Shown here piece after piece: positions 1 to 8,471 of a stretch of DNA of 43,707 nucleotides (positions are counted from its first letter, which is position 1; each line of letters opens with the position of its first letter). The stretch covers positions 1 to 43,707 of the IMG/VR virus record IMGVR_UViG_3300033076_001308. One strand, written 5' to 3'. A model generated the notes under the pieces. It ran no database searches, was not told the origin of the DNA, and saw nothing but the letters and a program-made list of their open reading frames with translations. The DNA is from a virus (Duplodnaviria; Caudoviricetes). A program made the position numbers and the translations under genes.

Positions 1-823
1 TCTCCACCTGGGTCACGACGCGGCCACCGATCTGCTTCCGGGCGAGGCACTTGAAGTAGTCCCCAGCCGAGTACCGGCTGGCGAACCCGGCCAGCCCTGG
101 GATGGCGAGGTCCAGCACCGTGAGCGTGCGGGCGATGCCTGAGTGCAGCAGCGTGCCGGTGAGGCATAGGCCAGCGGTGAACTTGAGCCGGATGTCGAGG
201 CACGCCTTGGTGCGCCGGGCAGTCGGCTCGCCGAGCATGTGGGCCTCATCGAAGATGACGCACCCGCCCTGGGGTTTCAAGCCGACCAGCGTGTGCGCCG
301 AGTCGACCGAGTGGATGCGGGTGTTCGATGGCAGGAATCCGTTGGCGACCTGCCGCTTCCAAGTGGGCACCGCGTTGAGCGGGCACAGCACCAGGACGGG
401 GCCGACCGGACAGTGCGTAGCCACGAACGAGCCAGCGCACAGCGTCTTACCCAGCCCGCAGCCGAGGGCTAGGACCCCGCCGACCTTCGACAGGCGGGAC
501 ACCGCCTGGGTCTGGTACGGGGACAGGTGCATGCCGTTGAGATGGTCGACGACCGACCTGCCCCACGGCTTGCGGATGTTGAGGGCCCAGGACATCAGCG
601 TGATAGGGTCCACCCCGGAACGGTAGATGGCATCCGTGACAACCTGGGCCTGGGTGTTGTGGTCTTCGCCGCGCAGTTCGCCGTAGAGCGGGGTGCCGTC
701 CGTCACGATGTTGTAGGCGGCGAGCAGCGCATACAGCGGGCGGTCGGCCGAAGACACGGCCTGCATAGCCGGCTTCGCGCCGGGGTAGGGGATGAACGGG
801 TAGGTGACTCGCGGCAAACTCAT
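1..823 (-). CDS. SNF2-family (SF2) DNA helicase, N-terminal part; continues across the junction into 43707..42977
   Basis: Not in the ORF track because it runs off the edge. ATG at 823 overlaps the polA stop (ATGA). Manual translation gives Q-motif LSPYQTQAV, motif I LGCGLGKT, Ia VLCPLNAVPTW, II VIFDEAH and III LCLTGT. Joins in frame as VE-K-PGAKGRADFMRYLD. Confidence 0.9.
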   Translation of the reverse strand, partial: MSLPRVTYPFIPYPGAKPAMQAVSSADRPLYALLAAYNIVTDGTPLYGELRGEDHNTQAQVVTDAIYRSGVDPITLMSWALNIRKPWGRSVVDHLNGMHLSPYQTQAVSRLSKVGGVLALGCGLGKTLCAGSFVATHCPVGPVLVLCPLNAVPTWKRQVANGFLPSNTRIHSVDSAHTLVGLKPQGGCVIFDEAHMLGEPTARRTKACLDIRLKFTAGLCLTGTLLHSGIARTLTVLDLAIPGLAGFASRYSAGDYFKCLARKQIGGRVVTQVE

Positions 824-2910
824 GGCAGTTCCTTGAACACGGAGAGGTCGCCCTGGGCGAGGCGGGTCCAGGCCGAGCCGGCCCACTTCTCATCCTCGTA
901 CAGGGTGCGGGACATGGTAATGTCCCCGGGTTTGATGATAGCCGACCAGTCCCAGCCCTTGGAGGCGACGTAGCCGCCGGGGCCGAAGACCTCGATCATG
1001 TCCTTGCGGGCCTGCAGTACGGCGTCCCGGTCACGGGGCACCAGCATCATCACTTCGTCGTGGACATGCAGGATGTAGGGGTATCCGCGACGGTCGAGTT
1101 CCAGTAGCCCGGTGCAGAGCGCGTTACGCGCCGCCGACTGGGTGATGTTCTCGATCAGCACGTTGATCGTCGTGCGAGCGGGCGGGCGAGATCCGGCGCG
1201 GACGAACGTGAGCCCGGCCCCGAACGGCGTGTCGCGCACCAGCAGGTCGCGCCACGTCACCGTGGGGTGGGCCCAGTGGCCGCACCGCACCCGCAGCGAA
1301 CGGCCCTGGATCGTATCGTCCGGGATCATGTCGACGATGTTGCGGTCGAGGGCATTGGGCAGGCTGTAGGCCCATGCCAGCGCCGCGTCAGGATCGATGG
1401 CGCCGGCCACCCGGCCCACCGCGGTTTCGAGCCAGCGAGCCGCCCGGGCGAACTCCGGGTGCAGGCTGTGGAACAACTCGCGGGTGTGGTAGGCGACGGC
1501 CGCCACCTGCCAGGGCACGCCGAGTTTGGTCATGGCCGCCTTGGCCCGGCGGTCGGTGGGCGTGGTCCACCCACTGGATACGCACACGGCGTCGAGATCG
1601 GCGAGGGTGACGCCGAACGCCGGGTCGCCGAGGCCGCGGGCCAGTTCCTCCATCCACCGTTGCAGGCCCATCTGGAATCCGAGGCCGAGTACCGCAGCCT
1701 TGGCGAGTTGGCGCTTGGGCACATCGGCTGGGTTGCGCTTGTCGCAGGGCTGGCCAGTGGCCGCCGTCCAGAACTTGGCGTAGGGGTCAGCGTTGACGTC
1801 ATTCGTGAACAGGTCGATGACATACTGGCATCCGGTGAGCAGGCCCTCGACCCGATACTCGACGTTGGCGAAGTCGCCGCGGACGAAGCACAGGTCGTCT
1901 GGCAGCACGAACAACTGGCGCACCGGCTTGGCGACGAGCGGGTTCCGCTTCGGCAGGTTGTGCAGGTTGAGGCCCTTGCCGGTGTTGCGGCTCGACCAGC
2001 GCCCGGTGTGGGCCGCGAAGTAGGTCAACTCGCAGTCGATGCGGGTGGTGCGAGCGAAAGTGCCCACGCGGCGGCGGTTCGACAGGGCCTTGTTGGTCTG
2101 GGCCAGGGCGTCGATGGCCTTGGCTGCATCTGCCGCCTGCCGCAGTTTCTCGGGGTTGATCTTTTTTATGCTGATGGTCTGGGTCTGGAACCCCAGGTTC
2201 TCCAGCAGCAGGCGCTTCGCCTCGTGGGGCTTGACGGACCGGGGCACACCGGCGTCGTAGTTCACCGCCCCATGGTCCCCGAGCAGGGCCGCGGCGTCGG
2301 CGGCCGACTGGGTGGCCTGGGCCTCGAACCCGTTGGCGGCGGCATGCACCGCAGCAACGTCGACGTCGAAGGCCAGTTCTTTCACGGCCTGGGTCATCTC
2401 ATGGATGCGGATCTCGTAGGCGTTGAGCCGACGCATGGCTTCCTGGTGTAGGGCCCGGCACACCTCGACGTCCTGGGCACAGTAGGCTTCCAGTTCAGCC
2501 TGGGTGCAGGAGGTAAGGTCGATCTTGGTCTTCTGCAGGGAGTGCCCGAGCCAGCACTTGGCGAGGTTGTCGAGCGAGTAGCCGCCGGGCTGGTTCGGGG
2601 TCCAGGCCTGGGCCAGTTCCATGGTGCAGTGGACCGTCTGGGGCCACGGCAGCCCGAGCAGAATGGTCATCACACGCACATCGAACGAGGCGTTGTGCGC
2701 GACGATGGTGTGCCCCTGGGCTGCCGCCTGCTGTAACCACCGGCAGGCGATGGAGGGGTTGGAGGTAACGACCACGGGATGATGGTCGATGGCGAGGGCC
2801 AGCGACAGCATCTTGGTTTGGGGGTGTGTGAGGTAGTCCCTCACCGGCAGGGCGGTGAGGGACACCGACTTCGAGAACGTCGTCTCGAAGTCAATGTAGG
2901 CATAGCCCAT
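820..2910 (-). CDS. polA: DNA polymerase family A with 3'-5' exonuclease domain
   Basis: ExoI YIDFET, ExoII AHNASFD, ExoIII YCAQDV; TGRWSS...NLHNLP; motif A GDFANVEYR; motif B RQLAKAAVLGLGF; motif C HVHDEV. Confidence 0.95.
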   Translation of the reverse strand: MGYAYIDFETTFSKSVSLTALPVRDYLTHPQTKMLSLALAIDHHPVVVTSNPSIACRWLQQAAAQGHTIVAHNASFDVRVMTILLGLPWPQTVHCTMELAQAWTPNQPGGYSLDNLAKCWLGHSLQKTKIDLTSCTQAELEAYCAQDVEVCRALHQEAMRRLNAYEIRIHEMTQAVKELAFDVDVAAVHAAANGFEAQATQSAADAAALLGDHGAVNYDAGVPRSVKPHEAKRLLLENLGFQTQTISIKKINPEKLRQAADAAKAIDALAQTNKALSNRRRVGTFARTTRIDCELTYFAAHTGRWSSRNTGKGLNLHNLPKRNPLVAKPVRQLFVLPDDLCFVRGDFANVEYRVEGLLTGCQYVIDLFTNDVNADPYAKFWTAATGQPCDKRNPADVPKRQLAKAAVLGLGFQMGLQRWMEELARGLGDPAFGVTLADLDAVCVSSGWTTPTDRRAKAAMTKLGVPWQVAAVAYHTRELFHSLHPEFARAARWLETAVGRVAGAIDPDAALAWAYSLPNALDRNIVDMIPDDTIQGRSLRVRCGHWAHPTVTWRDLLVRDTPFGAGLTFVRAGSRPPARTTINVLIENITQSAARNALCTGLLELDRRGYPYILHVHDEVMMLVPRDRDAVLQARKDMIEVFGPGGYVASKGWDWSAIIKPGDITMSRTLYEDEKWAGSAWTRLAQGDLSVFKELP

Positions 2911-2946
2911 ATGTGTTTATATACTTGTAGGGGTACGCAAGTCAAG
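2911..2946 (-). promoter_or_regulatory. Putative sigma70-like promoter directly upstream of polA (probably leaderless)
   Basis: AT-rich island; minus strand cTTGACT-N16-TATATA-aacacat-ATG with no Shine-Dalgarno. Confidence 0.55.
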
Positions 2947-2954
2947 ATTCAATG

Positions 2955-3233
2955 TCACCAATCCTGGGAGGGCGCAGGGCCGGTGACGTGGATATGGGTG
3001 TCGGACACTTCGGCGTAGACGAACCGTTTCGTCATCGGCCGCATGCCGTGGATGCCCAGGAGATTCTTCACCTGCTTCCATGGTACCTGCTGCATGCTGC
3101 TGGCGTCCCGGTTGTAGATCAGCAGGTAGCCGCCGGTCATATCGCGCTGGACTTTGAATACTTCGACCTTGGGGGCTGATTTCGGGCAGTCGCACCCGGG
3201 GCGGCGTTTGCCGCAGGCCATGCACATAGTCAT
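2955..3233 (-). CDS. Small hypothetical protein with N-terminal Cys motif (MTMCMACGKRRPGCDC)
   Basis: ATG at 3233 overlaps the upstream stop (ATGA), with GGGAGG SD; 92 aa. Confidence 0.75.
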   Translation of the reverse strand: MTMCMACGKRRPGCDCPKSAPKVEVFKVQRDMTGGYLLIYNRDASSMQQVPWKQVKNLLGIHGMRPMTKRFVYAEVSDTHIHVTGPAPSQDW

Positions 3234-3445
3234 GGCCCCCTCCCGGCAATTTCGCTGGGGGTCGCCGGGCGGCAGCCTCGGCAGTCCCGTTCGAGGTCGC
3301 GGGTACACCACTTCACCGCAGCGGACTTAGATAAGAACTGCTTGATGTGCGTCTTACCGTCCTCGTCAGTGATGGCCCACCAGTTCATGGTGGTCGTGCA
3401 TGCACACATCGGTCTACGGTATCCGCACGCCATGCACATGGTCAT
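3230..3445 (-). CDS. Small hypothetical protein with N-terminal Cys motif (MTMCMACGYRRPMCAC)
   Basis: GGAGG SD, ATGA coupling; 71 aa. Confidence 0.75.
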   Translation of the reverse strand: MTMCMACGYRRPMCACTTTMNWWAITDEDGKTHIKQFLSKSAAVKWCTRDLERDCRGCRPATPSEIAGRGP

Positions 3446-3528
3446 TTGCTGTTCCTCCCTAAGGCGTAACAAGCAAGTGCGATGGCGAGGATGTTCAAAA
3501 CGAGGGTTGCCAGATCAATCCAGGTCAT
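3442..3528 (-). CDS. 28-aa single-pass membrane peptide MTWIDLATLVLNILAIALACYALGRNSK
   Basis: Below the ORF-track cutoff. Fills the gap exactly, with ATGA overlaps at both ends; hydrophobic core followed by a basic tail. Confidence 0.65.
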   Translation of the reverse strand: MTWIDLATLVLNILAIALACYALGRNSK

Positions 3529-5846
3529 GGCTGTTTCTCCAGGGAAAGTCGCAGATACCCGGACTGGTCCGGGCCGCGGGTGATCTGGTAACTGGTGTCT
3601 GGCAACTGGTAGGTGGCACCGGCGGGCAGCACCGCCTTGATGTCAGCCCCCAGGGCCTGGATGACGACGCGGTCGGTGCAGCGGCCACGCGAGCCGGTCA
3701 CGCTGGGGAGCATGGCCTGCAGGGTGGTGAAACCCCGCCGCTGGCGCAGGGTTTCGAGCAACTGGGCCACCGTGTTGAACGGTCCGTTCTTTGACGTGTG
3801 CTGCAGGCCGATGAGGTCGACGCGCACCAGTTCGAGCAGGTCGTCGGCCATGCCCGCGAACAGGTTGGACAGGCGCACCTTGGTGGTCGACCCCTGCTCC
3901 AGGCTGGACAGCACGCCCGAAGTGTCGGCCTCCTGGGTGTGCCGGGCGAAGCGCGACCGCATCTCGCGCAGGGTGCGGTCGATCTCACCGTTCTCCTGCC
4001 GCCCGGTGCGGGCTTCGTACAGAAGCCGGGCCAGGACCATGTGTCCGTCGAAGCGCAGCAAGCCCGCGACATACGGGGCGGTCGCCAGTTTCGCAGCGAG
4101 GTTATGATTCTCGCAGCAGGCCAACGTGGCGAGGCGCAACTGCAGGGACAGGCCGCCGGACTCGACCGCCCGCTTCACCGCCGGGCGGGCGAGTTCTTGC
4201 TGGGTGAACTCCCGCAGGAACCACACGAGCGAGCGGTTCACCATGTCCGGCGGGAAGTCCAGGGCCTTGGACGAGGCGACGAGCGAGTGCCGCAGCACCA
4301 GATGGCCGCCGTTCTCCAGCACGCGGCCGACCGCCACGGCGCCGCCGGTACACAGGGTCTGCAGGTTCTGGTGGTTCAGCGGATTCGACCGCTGGTTCGG
4401 CATGCTCCATTCGTCGAGCGCCACCGTGCCGTGGACCGTGATGAACTCGCACACGGCCCGGGAATCGGGGGCGGATCCGGTGTCCGGGGCGATGACGCTG
4501 GGCGCCGCCGGGGCCATGGCCCGCACGACGGCATGGGCGATCTTCGACTTGCCCTGGTTCGTGGACCCGTCGAACGTGGGCTGGTCTGGCAGGAACGCGA
4601 CCAGCGGATACTCATTGGACATGACGCCGTTGGTGCGCCGCAACTGGGAGGCGAACAGCGGCAGTTCGAGCAGCACCTTGGCGGCGTCCTGGTCCGTGGC
4701 CCAGGACAGTTCGAGGTTCGGGAACGCCTGCACCAGCGCGTCGGCGGGCCACGACAGCGGGTAGGTGCTGGGCATCATGTTCGTGAGGGCGTCCCGGGCG
4801 TGCGTGTGTTCGCCAGGGTCATGCACGTTCCAGGCGTAGGCCACCGCGTCCGCCGGGGATCCGGTGTACGGCATGACCTTGCCCCCCTGGGCCAGCCACA
4901 CGCCGGCGAGGCGCAAGCCCGTCTGGAAGAACCCCGTGTTGTGGTTCGGGTCAGGCATCAGTTCGGACCACGGCCCAGCCAGCACGCACATGGGCAGGTC
5001 GGCCAGCGGGGTCTGCGCCAGCAACTTGTCGACGGACACCTGGGTCAGCACGCCGCGGCAGGCCGCCGTCAGCGGGTGGGTCATGCGCGGGGGCAACCCG
5101 GTTGGGCACCCCAACCCCTTGAGCAGGGCGGTGAGGCCCGACCGCCAGTTGCCGGGCACGTTGCTGGCACGCTCGCTGGCCACGAACATCGACACGCCTT
5201 GATGGGCGACGACGAGGCCAGACGGGCGGGTGCGGGTGTGCTTCAGGACATGCAGCAGGGCCAGGGCTTTGACCCAGGCCGGTGGTGCTTCCTGGTCGCT
5301 GGTGAGCAGCAGGGCATGCACGAACCGACGCCATTCGCAGCGGCCCAGGTGGGCAGGCCAGCCGCAGGTGGTGTGCGCTGCGTCGAGGGCCTTGAGCCAC
5401 GTCGTTTCATCCTCGGCCGGGTCGAGGTCGCAGATGCCATAGAGTTGGGTCAGGATACCGGCGAGCGTGGCGTGGGCTTGGTAGCCGGCCCCAGCCAGGA
5501 AGCACCGGGCCTTGGCCCACACCAGCGGCGCGGCGTTGGCGTTGGTCGTGGGGTAGACCAGCCCGGACATGGGCATCAACTGGCAGAAGCGCACCCATAC
5601 GTCGAGTTCATCGTCTTCGACCGGGGCTTGGTACTGCCAGGGGGTGCTGCTGAAGATGTCATCGAGCGCCGCCTGCACGTCGGCGTCGATGACCGGGAAC
5701 AACTTGTGGGCCTCGGCTTCGTTGGTGGGGTAGATGGCCACCGTCAGGCTGCCATTGCGAGCGGCCAGGGCACGGCTGATTTCCGTACGGGCCTCGGGAG
5801 TGATGACGGTCATAGGACCTGTCACCCTATCGGTCGTGGTGGTCAT
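3525..5846 (-). CDS. Large P-loop NTPase, putative primase/helicase-like replication protein
   Basis: 773 aa; C-terminal half has Walker A-like STNQGKS, Walker B VALDEW and a DMVNRS arginine-finger-like motif; lies close to polA. Confidence 0.55.
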   Translation of the reverse strand: MTTTTDRVTGPMTVITPEARTEISRALAARNGSLTVAIYPTNEAEAHKLFPVIDADVQAALDDIFSSTPWQYQAPVEDDELDVWVRFCQLMPMSGLVYPTTNANAAPLVWAKARCFLAGAGYQAHATLAGILTQLYGICDLDPAEDETTWLKALDAAHTTCGWPAHLGRCEWRRFVHALLLTSDQEAPPAWVKALALLHVLKHTRTRPSGLVVAHQGVSMFVASERASNVPGNWRSGLTALLKGLGCPTGLPPRMTHPLTAACRGVLTQVSVDKLLAQTPLADLPMCVLAGPWSELMPDPNHNTGFFQTGLRLAGVWLAQGGKVMPYTGSPADAVAYAWNVHDPGEHTHARDALTNMMPSTYPLSWPADALVQAFPNLELSWATDQDAAKVLLELPLFASQLRRTNGVMSNEYPLVAFLPDQPTFDGSTNQGKSKIAHAVVRAMAPAAPSVIAPDTGSAPDSRAVCEFITVHGTVALDEWSMPNQRSNPLNHQNLQTLCTGGAVAVGRVLENGGHLVLRHSLVASSKALDFPPDMVNRSLVWFLREFTQQELARPAVKRAVESGGLSLQLRLATLACCENHNLAAKLATAPYVAGLLRFDGHMVLARLLYEARTGRQENGEIDRTLREMRSRFARHTQEADTSGVLSSLEQGSTTKVRLSNLFAGMADDLLELVRVDLIGLQHTSKNGPFNTVAQLLETLRQRRGFTTLQAMLPSVTGSRGRCTDRVVIQALGADIKAVLPAGATYQLPDTSYQITRGPDQSGYLRLSLEKQP

Positions 5847-5875
5847 GGGTAGTGGTTCTAGGGATAGTGGTACGG

Positions 5876-6292
5876 TCAGTCCTGGCCCACGCGCAGGAGC
5901 CGGGCAGCGCGGGCCACCCGCATCTCGGCGAGGGCCCCATCGCGCTCCTCGGACATCACCCGCAGTTGATCCTCCAACTTCCGAATCGCCCCCTCCAGTT
6001 CTTCGATCTGGGCTCGGTATTCCTCGTCGGCCTCACGGTGCCCGACTTTCTGGCCATCGTCATGCCCTTCGTTATACCCGTCGTCGTACCCCTCGGACCT
6101 AGCATCGTCGGCATTGTTCTCGTTGCGGTCGAGGTCGTCCTGCCGGTCTACGACTTCCTGGTGAAGGGAGTCGATGATCTCGAGCAGGTCGCGGAGGAGG
6201 AGTTGTTGGGGGCTGGTAGGGGTTAGGCCGACTTGTGCCTGGGCGTCGTTGTAGGTGATGTGCTGGGGGTTGGAGAGGTAGGAGAGGCTCAT
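5876..6292 (-). CDS. Hypothetical acidic coiled-coil protein with GxxxG repeats (EGYDDGYNEGHDDG)
   Basis: 138 aa ORF, ATGA-coupled to the upstream gene. Confidence 0.75.
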   Translation of the reverse strand: MSLSYLSNPQHITYNDAQAQVGLTPTSPQQLLLRDLLEIIDSLHQEVVDRQDDLDRNENNADDARSEGYDDGYNEGHDDGQKVGHREADEEYRAQIEELEGAIRKLEDQLRVMSEERDGALAEMRVARAARLLRVGQD

Positions 6293-6459
6293 GGTGTTGG
6301 ATCTTTCTCGGTGGTGGGCGCCGGGGCCTTGGCGGCTTTGGCCTGTCGGCGTTTCAGTTTCTGGTGTTCAGAGTGGACGGTCCGGCAGAGGTCGCAGCGA
6401 CACCCTTTCCAGTACCTGGGCAGGGTGCCGCATGCGAGGATCATGGGTCGGTCGGCCAT
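6289..6459 (-). CDS. Small Zn-binding-like phage protein (GTxxxYxxGCRCxxC motif)
   Basis: MADRPMILACGTLPRYWKGCRCDLCRTVH; GGAG SD upstream; start is uncertain. Confidence 0.65.
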   Translation of the reverse strand: MADRPMILACGTLPRYWKGCRCDLCRTVHSEHQKLKRRQAKAAKAPAPTTEKDPTP

Positions 6460-6836
6460 TGGTGCGTCTCCATCATGGTTTTGAGTTGGGCCTGCACGGT
6501 AACCCACGCTGCCGCGGTGCGGCGCAAGGATCGGCTGGCCTCGGCCAGTTCGCGTTTCTTCCAGCCGGGGCGATACCCTGGGCGCCGGTCAGGCCAGGAG
6601 TTGATGGCTTCAACCCCGCGTTCGTGCGCCGCTTCGAGTTTCACCCACCACTCGGCGAGGATCTGCAGCGCGGCGGGGTAGCAGGCTTCCGGGGTGTCGC
6701 AGCCTGCTGAACTGCGGTCCCAGTGGTGCAGGTGGATGGACCAGGACCCATCCTCCCGGCCACGCACCAGGAAGAACCCTTGCCCGTCTCCGCTGTCCAT
6801 GTCGACCACCTTGGTCTTGTAGAGGAAGGGGGTCAT
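6441..6836 (-). CDS. Hypothetical protein
   Basis: 131 aa ORF tiling the operon, ATGA overlap at the start. Confidence 0.65.
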   Translation of the reverse strand: MTPFLYKTKVVDMDSGDGQGFFLVRGREDGSWSIHLHHWDRSSAGCDTPEACYPAALQILAEWWVKLEAAHERGVEAINSWPDRRPGYRPGWKKRELAEASRSLRRTAAAWVTVQAQLKTMMETHQWPTDP

Positions 6837-7081
6837 GGTTGTGCGCCCCCTTGGCGCAACACCCGCTGGGCGACTTCGGTGCGTGTAGCCTGGGCCGGGG
6901 CGGTGAGAGCCGCGACCACCTCCTCCACACGGTTGAACACTTGGTAGTGGTCGTCCCCTGGACCCACGAAGATTTTGGTTTTGCGGGCGTCTTGTGAGTG
7001 GGCGAACACGGCCTGCACGTGGTCGGGGTTTATCCAGATATCATCGTCGCCGTTCCCGGACCTAAACTTGATGAGGCGCAT
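6833..7081 (-). CDS. FlbD-like small protein
   Basis: MRLIKF...IWINPDHVQAV...TKIFV..DHYQVFNRVEEVV resembles the FlbD family pattern; AGGAG SD. Confidence 0.55.
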   Translation of the reverse strand: MRLIKFRSGNGDDDIWINPDHVQAVFAHSQDARKTKIFVGPGDDHYQVFNRVEEVVAALTAPAQATRTEVAQRVLRQGGAQP

Positions 7082-7082
7082 G

Positions 7083-7490
7083 TCACCGCTCCTGTCCACG
7101 CAGGGCGTCGGCCACGAGGCGGGCATACCCGGCGATGTCGTCCCAGTTGTCGACGTAACTGGGGTCGCCGTTGGCGATGCGGCCAACCTTGTGAAGGATC
7201 ATGTCGAGGGCTTCACGCTGGTCGTCGCGCATCGCACCCCAGCGGGCGCCCATGTGCAGGTGGACGACTTTCTTGAGGGCCTGTGTCACCGCGGCATGGT
7301 CCGCGAACTTGCCGTAGCGGGAGCCGCGTTCGGTGAGCAGCGCAGTGGTGTGGTCCACTGGGGCAGAGGCCGGGGCCTGTCCCTGGGCCGGTGGCAGGCT
7401 TGCCAGATGGGTGGCGAGGCGCGTTGCTTGGGCGCAGCCCTCGCAGTAGATGCCCGTCGGGGCGCCGTGGACGCAGGTGTTGAGTGCCAT
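7083..7490 (-). CDS. DUF6378-like all-alpha phage protein (possible nucleotide-pool enzyme) with N-terminal CxHxxxxxxxCxxC extension
   Basis: LTERGSRYGKF...REALDMILHKVGRIANGDPSYVDNWDDIAGYARL is a motif common in phage proteins. Confidence 0.75.
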   Translation of the reverse strand: MALNTCVHGAPTGIYCEGCAQATRLATHLASLPPAQGQAPASAPVDHTTALLTERGSRYGKFADHAAVTQALKKVVHLHMGARWGAMRDDQREALDMILHKVGRIANGDPSYVDNWDDIAGYARLVADALRGQER

Positions 7491-7492
7491 GG

Positions 7493-7696
7493 TCAGTTCT
7501 CCATGAGGCGGGTGATTTCAGCCCGCAGGTTGAGGAGTGCCCGTTGGTCTTGGGCACGCCCGGTTGAGACGAGGACGGTGCGGTTATTGGGCAGGCGGTA
7601 GAGGAGGCCGTGTCGGGTGCGGCGTTCGGCCACAGCGCCGATGCTTTCGAGCATGATGTGGGCCTCTCGGGCGTAGTGCGATCGGAAACGTTTCAT
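7493..7696 (-). CDS. HicA-like small protein
   Basis: RRTRHGLLYRLPNNRTVLVSTGRAQDQRALLNLRAEI resembles phage HicA-fold proteins (H...DxRAxxNxRA); 67 aa. Confidence 0.5.
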   Translation of the reverse strand: MKRFRSHYAREAHIMLESIGAVAERRTRHGLLYRLPNNRTVLVSTGRAQDQRALLNLRAEITRLMEN

Positions 7697-7857
7697 GGCA
7701 GGTACCGGGACATGATGACACCGACCATGAAGCACAGCAGCGCGGCGGTGAGGTTGGTGAGGCTGTCGTCCCCGGCGGGGAGCGACATCGCCCAGGCCGT
7801 GAGGACCGCGAGGGCCAGGGCCAGGGTGGTGAGGGTGATGATGCGGATGGGTTTCAT
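7693..7857 (-). CDS. Small two-TM membrane protein
   Basis: MKPIRIITLTTLALALAVLTAWAM...LTAALLCFMVGVIMSRYLP; GGAG SD. Confidence 0.7.
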   Translation of the reverse strand: MKPIRIITLTTLALALAVLTAWAMSLPAGDDSLTNLTAALLCFMVGVIMSRYLP

Positions 7858-7867
7858 AGGTGACTCC

Positions 7868-7979
7868 ATCTGAAATCTTACAAGTGCGATGTTTCTATTA
7901 TGTAGAGTGTTGAATATATACAAGTATATATAAGCCACTCTGCACAATAGTAGTGCTTTGCACTTGTCAGATTTCAGAT
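7868..7979. repeat. 112-bp AT-rich imperfect palindrome containing a putative leftward promoter
   Basis: Outer arms ATCTGAAATCTTACAAGTGC / GCACTTGTCAGATTTCAGAT (19/20); inner CTATT-ATGTAGAGTG / CACTCTGCAC-AATAG; centre ATATATAC-AA-GTATATAT. Minus strand TTGTAT-N15-CATAAT at 7923-7897. Confidence 0.85.
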
Positions 7980-8471
7980 TGTGGGCTTAGTTCCGAAATC
8001 GAGGACGCGCTGGGCGCGGGTCGCCCGTGTTTCCAGGGGCTTCGCCTTCGCGGCGAACGCCTCGGTGAGGTCGCGGTCGAAGTCTATGCGCCAGACGATC
8101 ATGGCGGCTTCGCTGGTTGAATGTGAACTTGAGCCGGCGGGTGTGAAACATGCGTTGATGTCATGAAGTCGGACCGCGTCTGGGTAATCAGCGGTGAGAT
8201 GTTTGGCTATGATGTTTGGAGCGGTGATGCTCCACATGCCCTGGCGGGTCATGTAGTGGAGGGTCGCAAAAAGCCCACGCACAGGCCCGAGGTCATACCG
8301 TCCGGCCTCGCGTAGCGCGACATAGGCCGTCGCCCACTCCCGACTGCCGGGACTGATGAGGTCCTTCCACAGCCGGTCTACCCGTGCCCTGGTCACTGGG
8401 GCGTCAAGCGCCTGGTTGTGTTGGCCATATATAGTGCGGCTGAATCCGAAGTCAGTATTCTTGAGCGTCAT
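7974..8471 (-). CDS. Hypothetical protein, probable paralogue of 8468..8944
   Basis: Starts MTLKNTDFG (ATGA overlap); ends RAQRVLDFGTKPTI; lower GC than the genome. Confidence 0.75.
   Translation of the reverse strand: MTLKNTDFGFSRTIYGQHNQALDAPVTRARVDRLWKDLISPGSREWATAYVALREAGRYDLGPVRGLFATLHYMTRQGMWSITAPNIIAKHLTADYPDAVRLHDINACFTPAGSSSHSTSEAAMIVWRIDFDRDLTEAFAAKAKPLETRATRAQRVLDFGTKPTI

Noticed and set aside
820-7490. Z-genome or other base-modification system
   Set aside because: No PurZ, DatZ, thymidylate-synthase-like, glycosyltransferase or methyltransferase gene was recognised.
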